Origin: Acidimicrobiales bacterium
Lineage (GTDB): Bacteria > Actinomycetota > Acidimicrobiia > Acidimicrobiales > AC-9
Assembly (NCBI GenBank): GCA_051985455.1
Contig: JBPYEI010000042.1
Span: 12,088-76,087 of the forward strand
DNA length: 64,000 nt
Direction: 5' to 3'
The translations under genes were made by a program, and so were the position numbers. The stretch's first letter is position 1. Every line of letters begins with the position of its first letter. Of this stretch, positions 38,629 to 47,809 are shown piece after piece. The notes beneath the pieces are model-generated. The model was not told the origin of the DNA. It saw only the letters and a list, made by a program, of their open reading frames with translations, and did no database searches.

Positions 38629-39378
38629 CTACGCCTCGACGAGCTCGAGGATCGAGTCGGGGATGTCGAAGTTGGAGTAGACGTTCTGGACGTCGTCGTC
38701 CTCCTCGAGCGCATCGATGACCCGGAGGACACGGCGCGCGTCGGACTCGTTGGCGAGCGGGACCGAGGTGGTGGCCAGCATGGTGAGGTCGGCGGACTCG
38801 TAGCCGTAACCTGCCTCGTCGAGAGCGGCGCGCAGGCCTCCGAGCTCGGTCGGTGGGCACGTGATGCGCCACGTGTCGCCCTCGTCGGTGAGATCTTCGG
38901 CACCGGCCTCGAGGGCAGTGAGCATGAGATCGTCCTCGGAGACCGTCTTGGGCAGGATGACCACGCCCTTGCGCTCGAACTGCCACGAGACCGCACCGGG
39001 CTCGGCCATGGACCCGCCGTTGCGGGTGAACGTGCTGCGGACGTCGGCACCGGTCCGGTTGCGGTTGTCGGTGAGACACTCGACGATGACGGCCACGCCA
39101 CCTGGCGCGTACCCCTCGTACGTGACGGTCTCGTAGCGCACGCCTTCGAGCTCACCTGTCCCGCGCTTGATCGCCCGCTCGATCGTGTCGGTCGGTATGG
39201 AAGCGTCGCGGGCCTTGCCGTACATGGTCCGGAGCGTGGCGTTGGAGGTCACGTCTCCACCGCCTTCTCGCGCCGCCACCTCGACCTGGCGCAGGACCTT
39301 GGCGAACAGCTTTCCCCGGGCCTTGTCCTGGGCACCCTTCCGGTGCTTGATCGTCGCCCATTTCGAATGACCGGACAT
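38629..39378 (-). CDS. yebC: YebC/PmpR family protein
   Basis: MSGHSKWATIKHRKG, YEGYAPGG, TDNRNRT and DDVQNVYSN. Confidence 0.96.
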   Translation of the reverse strand: MSGHSKWATIKHRKGAQDKARGKLFAKVLRQVEVAAREGGGDVTSNATLRTMYGKARDASIPTDTIERAIKRGTGELEGVRYETVTYEGYAPGGVAVIVECLTDNRNRTGADVRSTFTRNGGSMAEPGAVSWQFERKGVVILPKTVSEDDLMLTALEAGAEDLTDEGDTWRITCPPTELGGLRAALDEAGYGYESADLTMLATTSVPLANESDARRVLRVIDALEEDDDVQNVYSNFDIPDSILELVEA

Positions 39379-39388
39379 GGCAACCCTC

Positions 39389-40021
39389 CTAGCGGGCCGG
39401 GCCGTCGGCGCGGGAGCCGACGTTGGACAAGAAGAGCTCGTGCAGCCGCCAGTCGCCGGCGAGCTCGGGATGGAACGCAGCGACCAGGACGCTCCCCTGC
39501 CGGCACACCACGGGCTGGTCGCCAGCCGGGGTCGCCCCCGGCGACGTTTTGCGGCCCGTCACGCTCGCCAGCACGTCGACCTCCGGCCCGGCGCGTTCCA
39601 CCACCGGAGCCCGGATGAACACCGCTCGCATGGGACCACCCATCACATCGCGTACATCGAGATCGCTCTCGAACGAGTCGACCTGGCGTCCGAACGCGTT
39701 TCGTCGCACCGAGAGGTCGATGGCCCCGAAGCACCGCTGGTCGTCCCGACCGTCGAGGACTTCGGTCGCCAGCAGGATCATCCCGGCGCACGTGCCGAAG
39801 GCGGGCATGCCCTCTGCCAGACGACCGGCGATGGGCCCGAACAGCCCCGAGGAGTCGAGCAGCATCGACATCGTCGTCGACTCGCCGCCCGGGAGGACCA
39901 ATGCGTCGACACTCGCCAGCTCTTCGGGAGCGCGGACCTCGACGGTGTCGGCTCCGAGATCAGCCAGGATCCGGGCGTGCTCCCGGACGTCGCCCTGCAG
40001 CGCGAGGATCCCGACCTTCAC
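39389..40021 (-). CDS. pdxT: PLP synthase glutaminase subunit
   Basis: [23 protein letters not shown] and FHPEL. Confidence 0.96.
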   Translation of the reverse strand: MKVGILALQGDVREHARILADLGADTVEVRAPEELASVDALVLPGGESTTMSMLLDSSGLFGPIAGRLAEGMPAFGTCAGMILLATEVLDGRDDQRCFGAIDLSVRRNAFGRQVDSFESDLDVRDVMGGPMRAVFIRAPVVERAGPEVDVLASVTGRKTSPGATPAGDQPVVCRQGSVLVAAFHPELAGDWRLHELFLSNVGSRADGPAR

Positions 40022-40045
40022 CTGGCGGCACCCGAGTTCGCATGC

Positions 40046-40984
40046 CTACCAGCCCCGCTCGGCCAGACGTACCTCGAGGTCGTCGATCTCGCTGCCGAGC
40101 ATGGGCTCCCCCAGATCGCGGCTGACCTCGGCGAGGATGTCTGGCCGACGGAAGTGTGTCGTCGCTTCGACGATCGCTCGAGCCCGCTTCGCGGGATCGG
40201 CGCTCTTGAAGATGCCCGACCCTACGAACACGGCCTCGGCACCCAGCTGCATCACGAGGGCGGCGTCGGCCGGCGTAGCCAGCCCGCCGGCGCAGAACAG
40301 CGGCACCGGAAGCCGTCCCGTCTCGGCGATCTCCTGGACCAGGGCGACGGGCGCCTGGAGCTGCTTGGCCCATCCGTACAGCTCAGCCGAGTCGGCCTGG
40401 GTGATCCGCCGGATGTCGCCGAGGATCGACCGCAGATGGCGGACCGCCTCCACCACGTTGCCCGTGCCCGCCTCGCCCTTCGACCGGATGAGGGCGGCTC
40501 CCTCCGAGATGCGGCGCAGCGCTTCGCCCAGGTTGGTGGCGCCGCACACGAACGGAACCGAGAACGCCCACTTGTCGACGTGGTGGGCCTCGTCGGCGGG
40601 CGTCAGCACCTCGCTCTCGTCGACGTAGTCCACGCCGAGAGCCTCCAGGATCTGCGCCTCGACGAAATGGCCGATGCGCGCCTTCGCCATCACGGGGATG
40701 GTCACGGCGCCCTGGATCGCCTCGATGAGGGCGGGATCACTCATGCGGGCCACCCCGCCCTGACGGCGGATATCGGCGGGAACCCGCTCGAGCGCCATGA
40801 CCGACACCGCACCTGCTCCCTCGGCCACCTTGGCCTGCTCTGCGTCGACGACATCCATGATGACGCCGCCCCGCAGCATCTCCGCCAGGCCCCGCTTCAC
40901 GCGGCCGGTCGCCGTGACGCGATCGCCGCGGGCGCCGCTCTGCTGCCTGCCGACCTGCTCGTTCACGGATGCGTCCTCGCCCAC
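40046..40984 (-). CDS. pdxS: PLP synthase lyase subunit
   Basis: [25 protein letters not shown] and GEAGTG. Confidence 0.97.
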   Translation of the reverse strand: MGEDASVNEQVGRQQSGARGDRVTATGRVKRGLAEMLRGGVIMDVVDAEQAKVAEGAGAVSVMALERVPADIRRQGGVARMSDPALIEAIQGAVTIPVMAKARIGHFVEAQILEALGVDYVDESEVLTPADEAHHVDKWAFSVPFVCGATNLGEALRRISEGAALIRSKGEAGTGNVVEAVRHLRSILGDIRRITQADSAELYGWAKQLQAPVALVQEIAETGRLPVPLFCAGGLATPADAALVMQLGAEAVFVGSGIFKSADPAKRARAIVEATTHFRRPDILAEVSRDLGEPMLGSEIDDLEVRLAERGW

Positions 40985-41014
40985 GACCCCGAGTTTACTG
41001 GCCGTACTGGCCGC

Positions 41015-41797
41015 TCAGAGCTCCTGGAGTGCCAGCAGCCGCTCGTCGAGCGAGCTCTCCCGTCCGAAGATCCACAGATGATCGACGACCCTGTCTCGCG
41101 CCCGCTGCCTCTGACCGGGCTCACGACTGCCGCCGCCGACCTTCTCCAGGGCCGAGATGAGCCCGGGCGGGTACCGGGTCAGGGCCACGCCGGCCAGATC
41201 GGCGAGCGCCTCTCTGTTCCTTCCCGCCCCCCACGACGGCAGGCCACCCGCCGGAGGAATGAGTGCCGCCACCGGACCGAGCGCGGTGGCGGCCACCGTG
41301 CCGGGCAGGATGTCGTGAACCTTGACGTGGCTCACCTCGTGAGCCAGCACGGCCTCGAGCTCGATCCGTCCCATGGCCGAGACCAGCCCGCTGGTGATCA
41401 CGATCGTCGCCCGGCGCGGGTGGAGCCCGACCGTCATGGCGTCGGGGCTGTCATCGTCGACGACGCGGATCATGGGCTTGGGGATCCCCGACGCGGCGCA
41501 CAGCGCGTCGACGAGGTTGTGCACCCTCGGTTGCTCGTCGATCCCGGCTACACGCGCCCGGGTGAGACGAAAGACGACGACCGGACCGCTCGACCAGACG
41601 CCCAGGCCCACGGCGAGGCCCGCCACGACCCCCACGATGATCCCCACGAGCACGGAGACCACCGCGCCGACCACGGCGGCGCACACCACGAAGACGACGA
41701 TTGCGGGCAACAGCGCGAGAGCGATGGCTCTCCTACGGTTGGCCGCGATCTCCGCCCGACCCGGAACGTCGGGCCTGCTCAGCGAGGTGCTCGACAA
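41015..41797 (-). CDS. M48/HtpX-like membrane zinc metalloprotease
   Basis: Two N-terminal TMs, ELEAVLAHEVSH, REALAD and TRYPPGLISALEK; start uncertain (TTG). Confidence 0.8.
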   Translation of the reverse strand: MSSTSLSRPDVPGRAEIAANRRRAIALALLPAIVVFVVCAAVVGAVVSVLVGIIVGVVAGLAVGLGVWSSGPVVVFRLTRARVAGIDEQPRVHNLVDALCAASGIPKPMIRVVDDDSPDAMTVGLHPRRATIVITSGLVSAMGRIELEAVLAHEVSHVKVHDILPGTVAATALGPVAALIPPAGGLPSWGAGRNREALADLAGVALTRYPPGLISALEKVGGGSREPGQRQRARDRVVDHLWIFGRESSLDERLLALQEL

Positions 41798-42873
41798 CGT
41801 GGGTGGCGCGTGATCTCGGCGTAGATCTGCACGTACCGCTCGGCCAGGCGGTCCATTGCGAAGTCGCCCGCTCGCGCCTCGCCGGCGATGGCCAGCCGCT
41901 CGCCGAGCGAACGGTCCTCGAGCACCCGCCGGAGGGCTCCAGCCAACGCGTCGACATCGCCCGGGGGCACCAGCAGCGCGTCGCGCCCGTCCCCGGTCAC
42001 CTTGCGGTACGCAGGGAGGTCGCTCGCCACGATGGCCGTGTGCGCAGCCATCGCCTCCAGGAGGACGACCCCGAACGACTCCCCGTGCAGCGAGGGAGCG
42101 CAGAACACCTCTGCCCCCCGCAGGCGCGCCGCCACCTCGGAGTCGCTGATGCGCCCCAGCCATTGGATGCGCGGCTCGTCGCTCGTCTGCTGTCGCAACT
42201 CGGCCGTTTGCGGCCCCTCGCCCACCATCCACAGCCGGGCATCGGGTGGAAGGCGATGGAAGGCGGCCAGCAACGTCTCGACCCCCTTTCGAGGCTCGTG
42301 GCGGCCGATGAACACGATCGTCGGTCCGGCGGTCGGCCACGCCGTGGCCTTGGCGAACCGCTCGGTCTCGATCCCGTTGAACACCAGCTCGTAGGCGCCA
42401 CCGAGGGCGGCCCGGGCTGTGGCCTGGGCGTCCGCCGACACGGCACAGCGCCAGGCCAGGAACTCCACGGCCGTCCGGACCAGAGGCCGGAGGATGCCGT
42501 AGGCGAGGCTGACACCCGAGCGGTGGAAGGTACCGACCATCGGCCGGTCCGTGTACAGCAACGTCGTCAGGCTGGGGCCCGGAGCCAGGGGCTCGTGCAG
42601 GTGCACGACATCGAAGTCCTCGTCACGGAGGGTTCGTATCGTCCTGAGGGCGCAGGGGAGGTCGGGCGCCAGAGGCGCCACCGAGCCGTTGCCGGCCAAC
42701 GGGATCGACCGGCCGAGGGGCGTCACCCCGCCGTCGGGCGGCGGGCCGTCGCACGGCGCCAGCACCCGTACCTGGTGGCCCTGGGATCGAAGGGCGCGCG
42801 CCAGACCCAGGACCTGGCCCTGCACGCCCCCGGGGATCGTCAAGCTGTACGGGCACACCTGGGCCACGCGCAC
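41779..42873 (-). CDS. pimA: GT4 glycosyltransferase, PimA-like phosphatidylinositol mannosyltransferase
   Basis: VCPYS..PGGVQ, LHEP, GTFH, GRHEPRKG and GESFGVVLLEAMAA. Confidence 0.85.
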   Translation of the reverse strand: MRVAQVCPYSLTIPGGVQGQVLGLARALRSQGHQVRVLAPCDGPPPDGGVTPLGRSIPLAGNGSVAPLAPDLPCALRTIRTLRDEDFDVVHLHEPLAPGPSLTTLLYTDRPMVGTFHRSGVSLAYGILRPLVRTAVEFLAWRCAVSADAQATARAALGGAYELVFNGIETERFAKATAWPTAGPTIVFIGRHEPRKGVETLLAAFHRLPPDARLWMVGEGPQTAELRQQTSDEPRIQWLGRISDSEVAARLRGAEVFCAPSLHGESFGVVLLEAMAAHTAIVASDLPAYRKVTGDGRDALLVPPGDVDALAGALRRVLEDRSLGERLAIAGEARAGDFAMDRLAERYVQIYAEITRHPRCRAPR

Positions 42874-42950
42874 GGACCAACGGTAGCTCCGGGCCACCTG
42901 TGCCGTTTGCAGCCGAGCGTGCGGGCCCGCAGAACGCCCGCAGGCCGCTT

Positions 42951-42993
42951 CGAGCAGAACCCCCGGTGAACGGGCGGTATCGGCCCGGTGAAC
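42951..42993 (-). promoter_or_regulatory. PHO-box-like 11-nt direct repeat array
   Basis: Minus strand reads GTTCACCGGGC-CGATACCGCCC-GTTCACCGGGG-GTTCTGCTCG; matches the Streptomyces PhoP GTTCACC repeat unit, upstream of a PhoU-like gene. Confidence 0.6.
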
Positions 42994-43113
42994 CACGGCA
43001 CCTGGAGATGTCGAAGGCCGCGATAGCCACGGCAAATCCACAACTTGTGCTCTGGATGCTCACAGGACTACCCGCCTACGGTGACGCGACGTCCGTACGA
43101 GGGAGGGCGCGAG

Positions 43114-43794
43114 ATGACCGTGACAGGCCCGGTATCAGGCGAGGAGTCGAGGGTGCAGCAGACCGCCCTGGTCGAACCGACCGGTGACATCGACGCACTC
43201 GACAGCCTGGTCATCCGTCTCTTCGGCCTGGTAGCCGACGGCATCGAGGGCGCCACGACTGCCTTCCTGGCCAGCGCCCGTCAGGCCGCCGCCCTCCTTG
43301 TGGCCGAGGAGGAGGAGGTGGATGCGGTCTTCCATTCCGTGGAGGACCTCATACGCGCCGAGGTGATCTCGGGGACACCTCCTTCGGAGCCTCGACTGGC
43401 CCGGTTGCTCGTCATCCTCCAGATCGTGCCCGAGCTCGAGCGCAGCGGGGATCTCGTCGACCACATCCGGTGGCGAGCCAGGCAGGGGTTGGCCCGTGCC
43501 CTCACGCCTTCCAGTCGAGAGCTGGTCGAGCGCATGGGCCAACGGGCGACGGTCATGTGGAGGGCCGCCGCCTCGGCCTATCTCGAGCGCGACCGCACGA
43601 TGGCAGAACGCCTTCGCCGGTGGGACGACGACCTCGACGACCTCCACGTCACGCTGACCGTCGAACTGGCGACGACGGCGCTACCGGTGGCCACGGCCAT
43701 CGAGATGGGCCTCGTCGCCCGCTTCCTCGAGCGGCTCGGCGACCATGCCGTGAACGTGGCCCGGCGGCTCGAGGCCTTACCGAGCGAAGTATGA
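43114..43794 (+). CDS. PhoU domain protein
   Basis: Two PhoU repeats: EEEEVD/ELERSGD and DDDLDD/LERLGDHAVNVA; GGAGG RBS. Confidence 0.85.
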   Translation: MTVTGPVSGEESRVQQTALVEPTGDIDALDSLVIRLFGLVADGIEGATTAFLASARQAAALLVAEEEEVDAVFHSVEDLIRAEVISGTPPSEPRLARLLVILQIVPELERSGDLVDHIRWRARQGLARALTPSSRELVERMGQRATVMWRAAASAYLERDRTMAERLRRWDDDLDDLHVTLTVELATTALPVATAIEMGLVARFLERLGDHAVNVARRLEALPSEV

Positions 43795-44159
43795 CCAGAC
43801 CCGCTGACTACTCGGAGAGCATCGAGCTCATCGAACGGGCCCGGTCACATGCCATCTGGGCCCGACGACACCTGCTGGCTCGCCAGGACGACCACGTCGA
43901 CCTGGCCAGGGCCAAGCGCCTGCTCGTCGCCGCCAGTCAGGCGCTCGGGACGGCGGCTACCGATTCGACCCTGCCGACCAGCGTCACCAAGACGGTGGTC
44001 GATTCCTGGGCCGGGCTCGATGCCTTCCTGCTCGCCGCAGGCGAGCTCGACGAGGAGCCGACCAGTGCCGACGCACAACAGCTGTTGACGCGCGCGGCCA
44101 CGTTTCTGATCGAGGCTCTGCCGGGGCGGCAAGTGCGGATACGCGTCGGGACTGGTTGA
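43791..44159 (+). CDS. Hypothetical helical protein
   Basis: ATGA overlap with the PhoU stop; GC3-biased frame. Confidence 0.6.
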   Translation: MTRPADYSESIELIERARSHAIWARRHLLARQDDHVDLARAKRLLVAASQALGTAATDSTLPTSVTKTVVDSWAGLDAFLLAAGELDEEPTSADAQQLLTRAATFLIEALPGRQVRIRVGTG

Positions 44160-44173
44160 ACGGCCCGTCGTCC

Positions 44174-44521
44174 TCAGACGTGGGCCAGGACCTCGTTCAG
44201 CGTGGTCGTGCTCGTGCTCCACACCTGACGAGCGACGTCGATGGTCGGAGCTGCCACCGGCTCGATCGGGCTCGACTTCACGAACGACTCTGCGGTGTCC
44301 AGCGTGGCCACGACGATCGTGTCAACGGCCTGCACGGCACCGTTCACCGCGGTGCGAGCGACGTCAATGCCTTCGGTGGCCAATGCAGCAGTGGACAGGA
44401 CCAGCTGATCAGCGAGCTTGACCCCACCGTCTGGCTCGGCGTGGCCGTCCGCCGCGGGCATCAGAGAGCGTCGGGCTGCGCTGCGGGCCGCCTGCGTGGA
44501 CTCCTGCACGGGTGTGTCCAT
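44174..44521 (-). CDS. Hypothetical small amphipathic Ala/Thr/Val-rich protein
   Basis: Strong AAAGGAG RBS; GC3-biased frame. Confidence 0.7.
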   Translation of the reverse strand: MDTPVQESTQAARSAARRSLMPAADGHAEPDGGVKLADQLVLSTAALATEGIDVARTAVNGAVQAVDTIVVATLDTAESFVKSSPIEPVAAPTIDVARQVWSTSTTTLNEVLAHV

Positions 44522-44690
44522 GGTTGCGCTTCTCCTTTCCTTGACGGGACCTTCCCTTGACGGGCTGGCTCGGCGTCGTCATGTGGCGATCGCTTCTCAC
44601 CCTAGGAGCCCTGAATGGCGAGTCGGTTACCTTCAGGTAAGCAACGAACGAAGCCGCCATTGCATCTGAAAGGGCGCCCGTCGGCGACCG

Positions 44691-45227
44691 TCAGAGCCAG
44701 CCGACGCGCGCGCTGGCAGGCTCCTCCGCTCGAAGACCAGCGACCTCCCCGGCCCGCACCCGTTCGAGGAGCCTGCGGATCGACTCCGTGATCTCGGGTA
44801 CGGCCTCCCGGAGGCTGACGGCGTCGCGAGGATCGATCTCCGTCGGGCTCACGCCCGCCCCGGCGAGGAGCCTGTCGAGGTCGGAGAGATAGTCGGCGAC
44901 CCAGCCGAGCGGATCGACGGAAAGCTCTTCGACGAAGTGACGGTAACCAGGCTCCCATCCCGTGAAGCGGGGATGATGATGGGTCCGGTCGTGGCTCCCC
45001 GGCACGCCCCCAACCGACTCCAGGAGATCGCCTCGCCAGATCGGCCGCCCGACGGCGATGGGCTGAGCCGAGTAGATCGAGCCTGGCAGCTCGCCCCGCT
45101 CGAGCATGCGAACCTCCAGCCGCACGCCACGCTCTGCCCCCTCCTGGCCCGGCCCGGGGTCGGGGTCCACGAAGTACAGGTCGCTGACCACGACACCGAT
45201 CGTCTCGAACCCGAACGCGTACAGCAC
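44691..45227 (-). CDS. Conserved actinobacterial hypothetical protein
   Basis: GAAAGGAG RBS before GTG; LYAFGF..DLYFVDP..EGAERGVRLE..DRTHHHP. Confidence 0.75.
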   Translation of the reverse strand: MLYAFGFETIGVVVSDLYFVDPDPGPGQEGAERGVRLEVRMLERGELPGSIYSAQPIAVGRPIWRGDLLESVGGVPGSHDRTHHHPRFTGWEPGYRHFVEELSVDPLGWVADYLSDLDRLLAGAGVSPTEIDPRDAVSLREAVPEITESIRRLLERVRAGEVAGLRAEEPASARVGWL

Positions 45228-45454
45228 GGGCGCTCCTTTCGGCAGGTCCAGCCTACGACCCGAGCGCACCGAACGGGTGTGGTGGAGCATCCCTTCCCAC
45301 TCCCGAAGCCGGGTGATTGCTTTTTCACCCGCCGCGGTGGATATGGAAACGGTTCAGCGGGGAAAGTCTGAGGGTATACCCCCGCCCCGGAGATTTGTTT
45401 CGAAGGGCCGTTGACTGGGGGCGCACGGTGGCCATCTCAACTGGCGAAGTGAGC

Positions 45455-45919
45455 ATGACCGGCCTCGGGTGGCGGCACCTGGCCGAGCGGACCTGGCCGG
45501 AGCTGGTCGCCGCCGGGTTACCGGCCGAGCTGGCCGAGCTGGGCCAGGACGTGAGCAACCTCACAGGGCGGCCCGTGCTCGTCTACACGATGCCGATGGA
45601 GCAGGTCGGCGTGTCGGGAGTGGCTCTGCCGTTCATCAGCGACGACGGCGTCGTGATCGATCCCTGCCTCCTACGTCGTCCTCGCCCGCTGGCCGCGACC
45701 GTGGCACACGAGCTCGCCCACATCCTGCATCCGTGGTGGCCCGACCTCGACCGCGACCAGCAAGACGAGATGGAGACCTTCGCCCTCGTCCTCGGCCCGG
45801 CGTTGCTGGATCAGCTTCCTCGCACGACGGCCGACGTCAGCATGATGGTGGACTCCGCCCTGGGCCAGTGCAAGCGCGCATCGCGGCGCAGGTGCAGGGG
45901 CGGTGGGCTCGCCGGCTAA
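45455..45919 (+). CDS. HExxH metallopeptidase, ImmA/IrrE-like
   Basis: TVAHELAHIL followed by DEMETFA; start uncertain. Confidence 0.6.
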   Translation: MTGLGWRHLAERTWPELVAAGLPAELAELGQDVSNLTGRPVLVYTMPMEQVGVSGVALPFISDDGVVIDPCLLRRPRPLAATVAHELAHILHPWWPDLDRDQQDEMETFALVLGPALLDQLPRTTADVSMMVDSALGQCKRASRRRCRGGGLAG

Positions 45920-46746
45920 CCCCGAGTCGGCGCCTCAACGATCGCTCCGTCGCCGTCGGCCGTCGAGGCCGGTACTGCTCCGGTGCCCAACACGGCATGC
46001 ATGAACGAGCCGCCCGTCCACATGCCCTGCCTGATGGCGGTTGCAACCGCCTGCGCTCGGTTGGCCACGCCCATCTTCCTGTAGATCGAGCGCAGATGGG
46101 TCTTCACGGTCTCGTTGCCGAGCACCATCTGCTCGGCGATCTGACGGTTCGACCTCCCGCCCAGCAGCAGCTGCAGCACCTCGCCCTCACGTCGCGACAG
46201 TCCCGCCTCTGCTCCGGGCCAGCTCGGGCTGTCGCCGCGGGCCACCCGCGTGGCGATCCGGGTGGCGATCCTGGGGTCGATCACCAACTCGCCTTCGCCA
46301 GCCCGGACGAGGTGGTCGGCGAGCGCCGCCGCCGCACTCGATTCGAGCAGGTAACCCGAGACGCCCAGGCGCAGCGCCTCGAAGACCCTCCGCTCGTCGT
46401 CATCGTCGGCGAAGATCACCACGCGCACCGGCGGATCCGCGGCCACCAGCGATTCGACCAGATGCTGGAAGCGGTCGTCCCGACTGTGGATGTTGACGAG
46501 GGCCACGTCGGCGGCAACACCCTCCGGAGGCAGGGGCGCGCTCGCCCGCAGCACGCCGATCATCTCGACCTGGTCGCCATGGTGGGACAGCATGACCCGG
46601 AGGCCCTCGTTGATGAGCTCGCTGTCGCCGATCAGCACCACCCGCGCCGGTCGGTCGATCCCGGCATCAAGCAGACGTGACTCGACCCACTCCGCGCCCC
46701 GTTGGCGGAGCGCGCCCGGGCCGACACTGGATTCCCCGGCGCCCAT
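45916..46746 (-). CDS. Atypical NarL/LuxR family response regulator
   Basis: LSRREGEVL..SNRQIA..ETVKTHLRSIYRKMGV HTH; degenerate receiver domain. Confidence 0.88.
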   Translation of the reverse strand: MGAGESSVGPGALRQRGAEWVESRLLDAGIDRPARVVLIGDSELINEGLRVMLSHHGDQVEMIGVLRASAPLPPEGVAADVALVNIHSRDDRFQHLVESLVAADPPVRVVIFADDDDERRVFEALRLGVSGYLLESSAAAALADHLVRAGEGELVIDPRIATRIATRVARGDSPSWPGAEAGLSRREGEVLQLLLGGRSNRQIAEQMVLGNETVKTHLRSIYRKMGVANRAQAVATAIRQGMWTGGSFMHAVLGTGAVPASTADGDGAIVEAPTRG

Positions 46747-46843
46747 TTCGTCGCTCCCTGAAGATTCACACCTTCCCGGAAAAGATGCGTCACCGGGGTC
46801 CGGAGCGACGCCAGAGCGGTCCGACTGGGGTCCAGAGCCGACC

Positions 46844-46875
46844 GCTCACGCTGCTACAGCTCACGCTGCCACAGC
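46844..46875. repeat. 15-bp tandem repeat GCTCACGCTGCYACA x2
   Basis: Directly visible, intergenic. Confidence 0.8.
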
Positions 46876-46972
46876 ATCAGTTGCGCAGACAGAGCATAGC
46901 GCCGGACCTGGACGGCTGACAGGGCCATGGAGACCGACATCGACGCTGGGCGCAGATCAGCGGTTCACCAGA

Positions 46973-47809
46973 TCAGCGGGGGGTCGCACCCCGACGCCGC
47001 CGGAGGCCGGCGGCGTCGAGCCTGCCCTCGATCACGGACCGAGCCACCGCCGCCAGGGCGAGATTCTGGGCGCGGGCGTGATCCCGAAGCAGAATGAAGG
47101 CGGCGTCGACCTCGATCTTGCCCTGCTCCGCCAGCATCCCCTTGGCCTGCTCGAGCACGACCCTGGTGCTCAGGGCGGTCTTGAGCTGCTCCGTGAGCGC
47201 CTGGTGCTCGTGCAGGAAACGCTGCTGAAGGATGCTGATGGTGGCCACGTCGGCCAGCGCCTGGCCCAGTACCTCGTCCGGCGGGATCAGGCCCGCCGGC
47301 CGGTTGGCGAACAGGTTCAGGGCGCCGATGCTGTCGTGCCGGAGCCGCATGGGGAGGCCGTACACCGAGCGGAACCCGGCCTCCAGGGCCAAGGGACCGA
47401 AGCGCGGCCAGCGCTCGCTGGCACCCTCGAGGGCGTTGGCCCGCACCGGCTCGCCACCGCGGAAGAAGTCGAGGCAGGGACCTTCCTCGGCCTGGAGCTC
47501 GATCAGCTCCACCAGGCGCGCCCGCTCGCTCGACGAGGCGAGGACCTTGAGGTTGCCGCGCTGGTCGTCCAGCACGATGCCCGCCTCCTCGATGGTCAGG
47601 AGCGCGACGCAGCGCCCGGCCAGCAGCTCGAGGAAGTCGATCACGTCGTAGTCGTTGACCAGCGTGTCGGCCAACTCGAGGAACGTCCGAGCGAGAAGCT
47701 CTTCCCTCCCCAAGGAGGGAGTCCGTCGCCTCTGGGGGGACGTCTGTTCCATCAAACCCGGTACCTCTGTGGACCCGTAGTGGGGAAGCTCGTGATCATC
47801 GGATCGCAC
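46973..47809 (-). CDS. GAF and ANTAR domain protein
   Basis: LADTLVNDYDV, EGPCLD and IGALNLF; ANTAR motif QLKTALSTRVVLEQAKGMLAE; start may be 47752. Confidence 0.92.
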   Translation of the reverse strand: MRSDDHELPHYGSTEVPGLMEQTSPQRRRTPSLGREELLARTFLELADTLVNDYDVIDFLELLAGRCVALLTIEEAGIVLDDQRGNLKVLASSSERARLVELIELQAEEGPCLDFFRGGEPVRANALEGASERWPRFGPLALEAGFRSVYGLPMRLRHDSIGALNLFANRPAGLIPPDEVLGQALADVATISILQQRFLHEHQALTEQLKTALSTRVVLEQAKGMLAEQGKIEVDAAFILLRDHARAQNLALAAVARSVIEGRLDAAGLRRRRGATPR

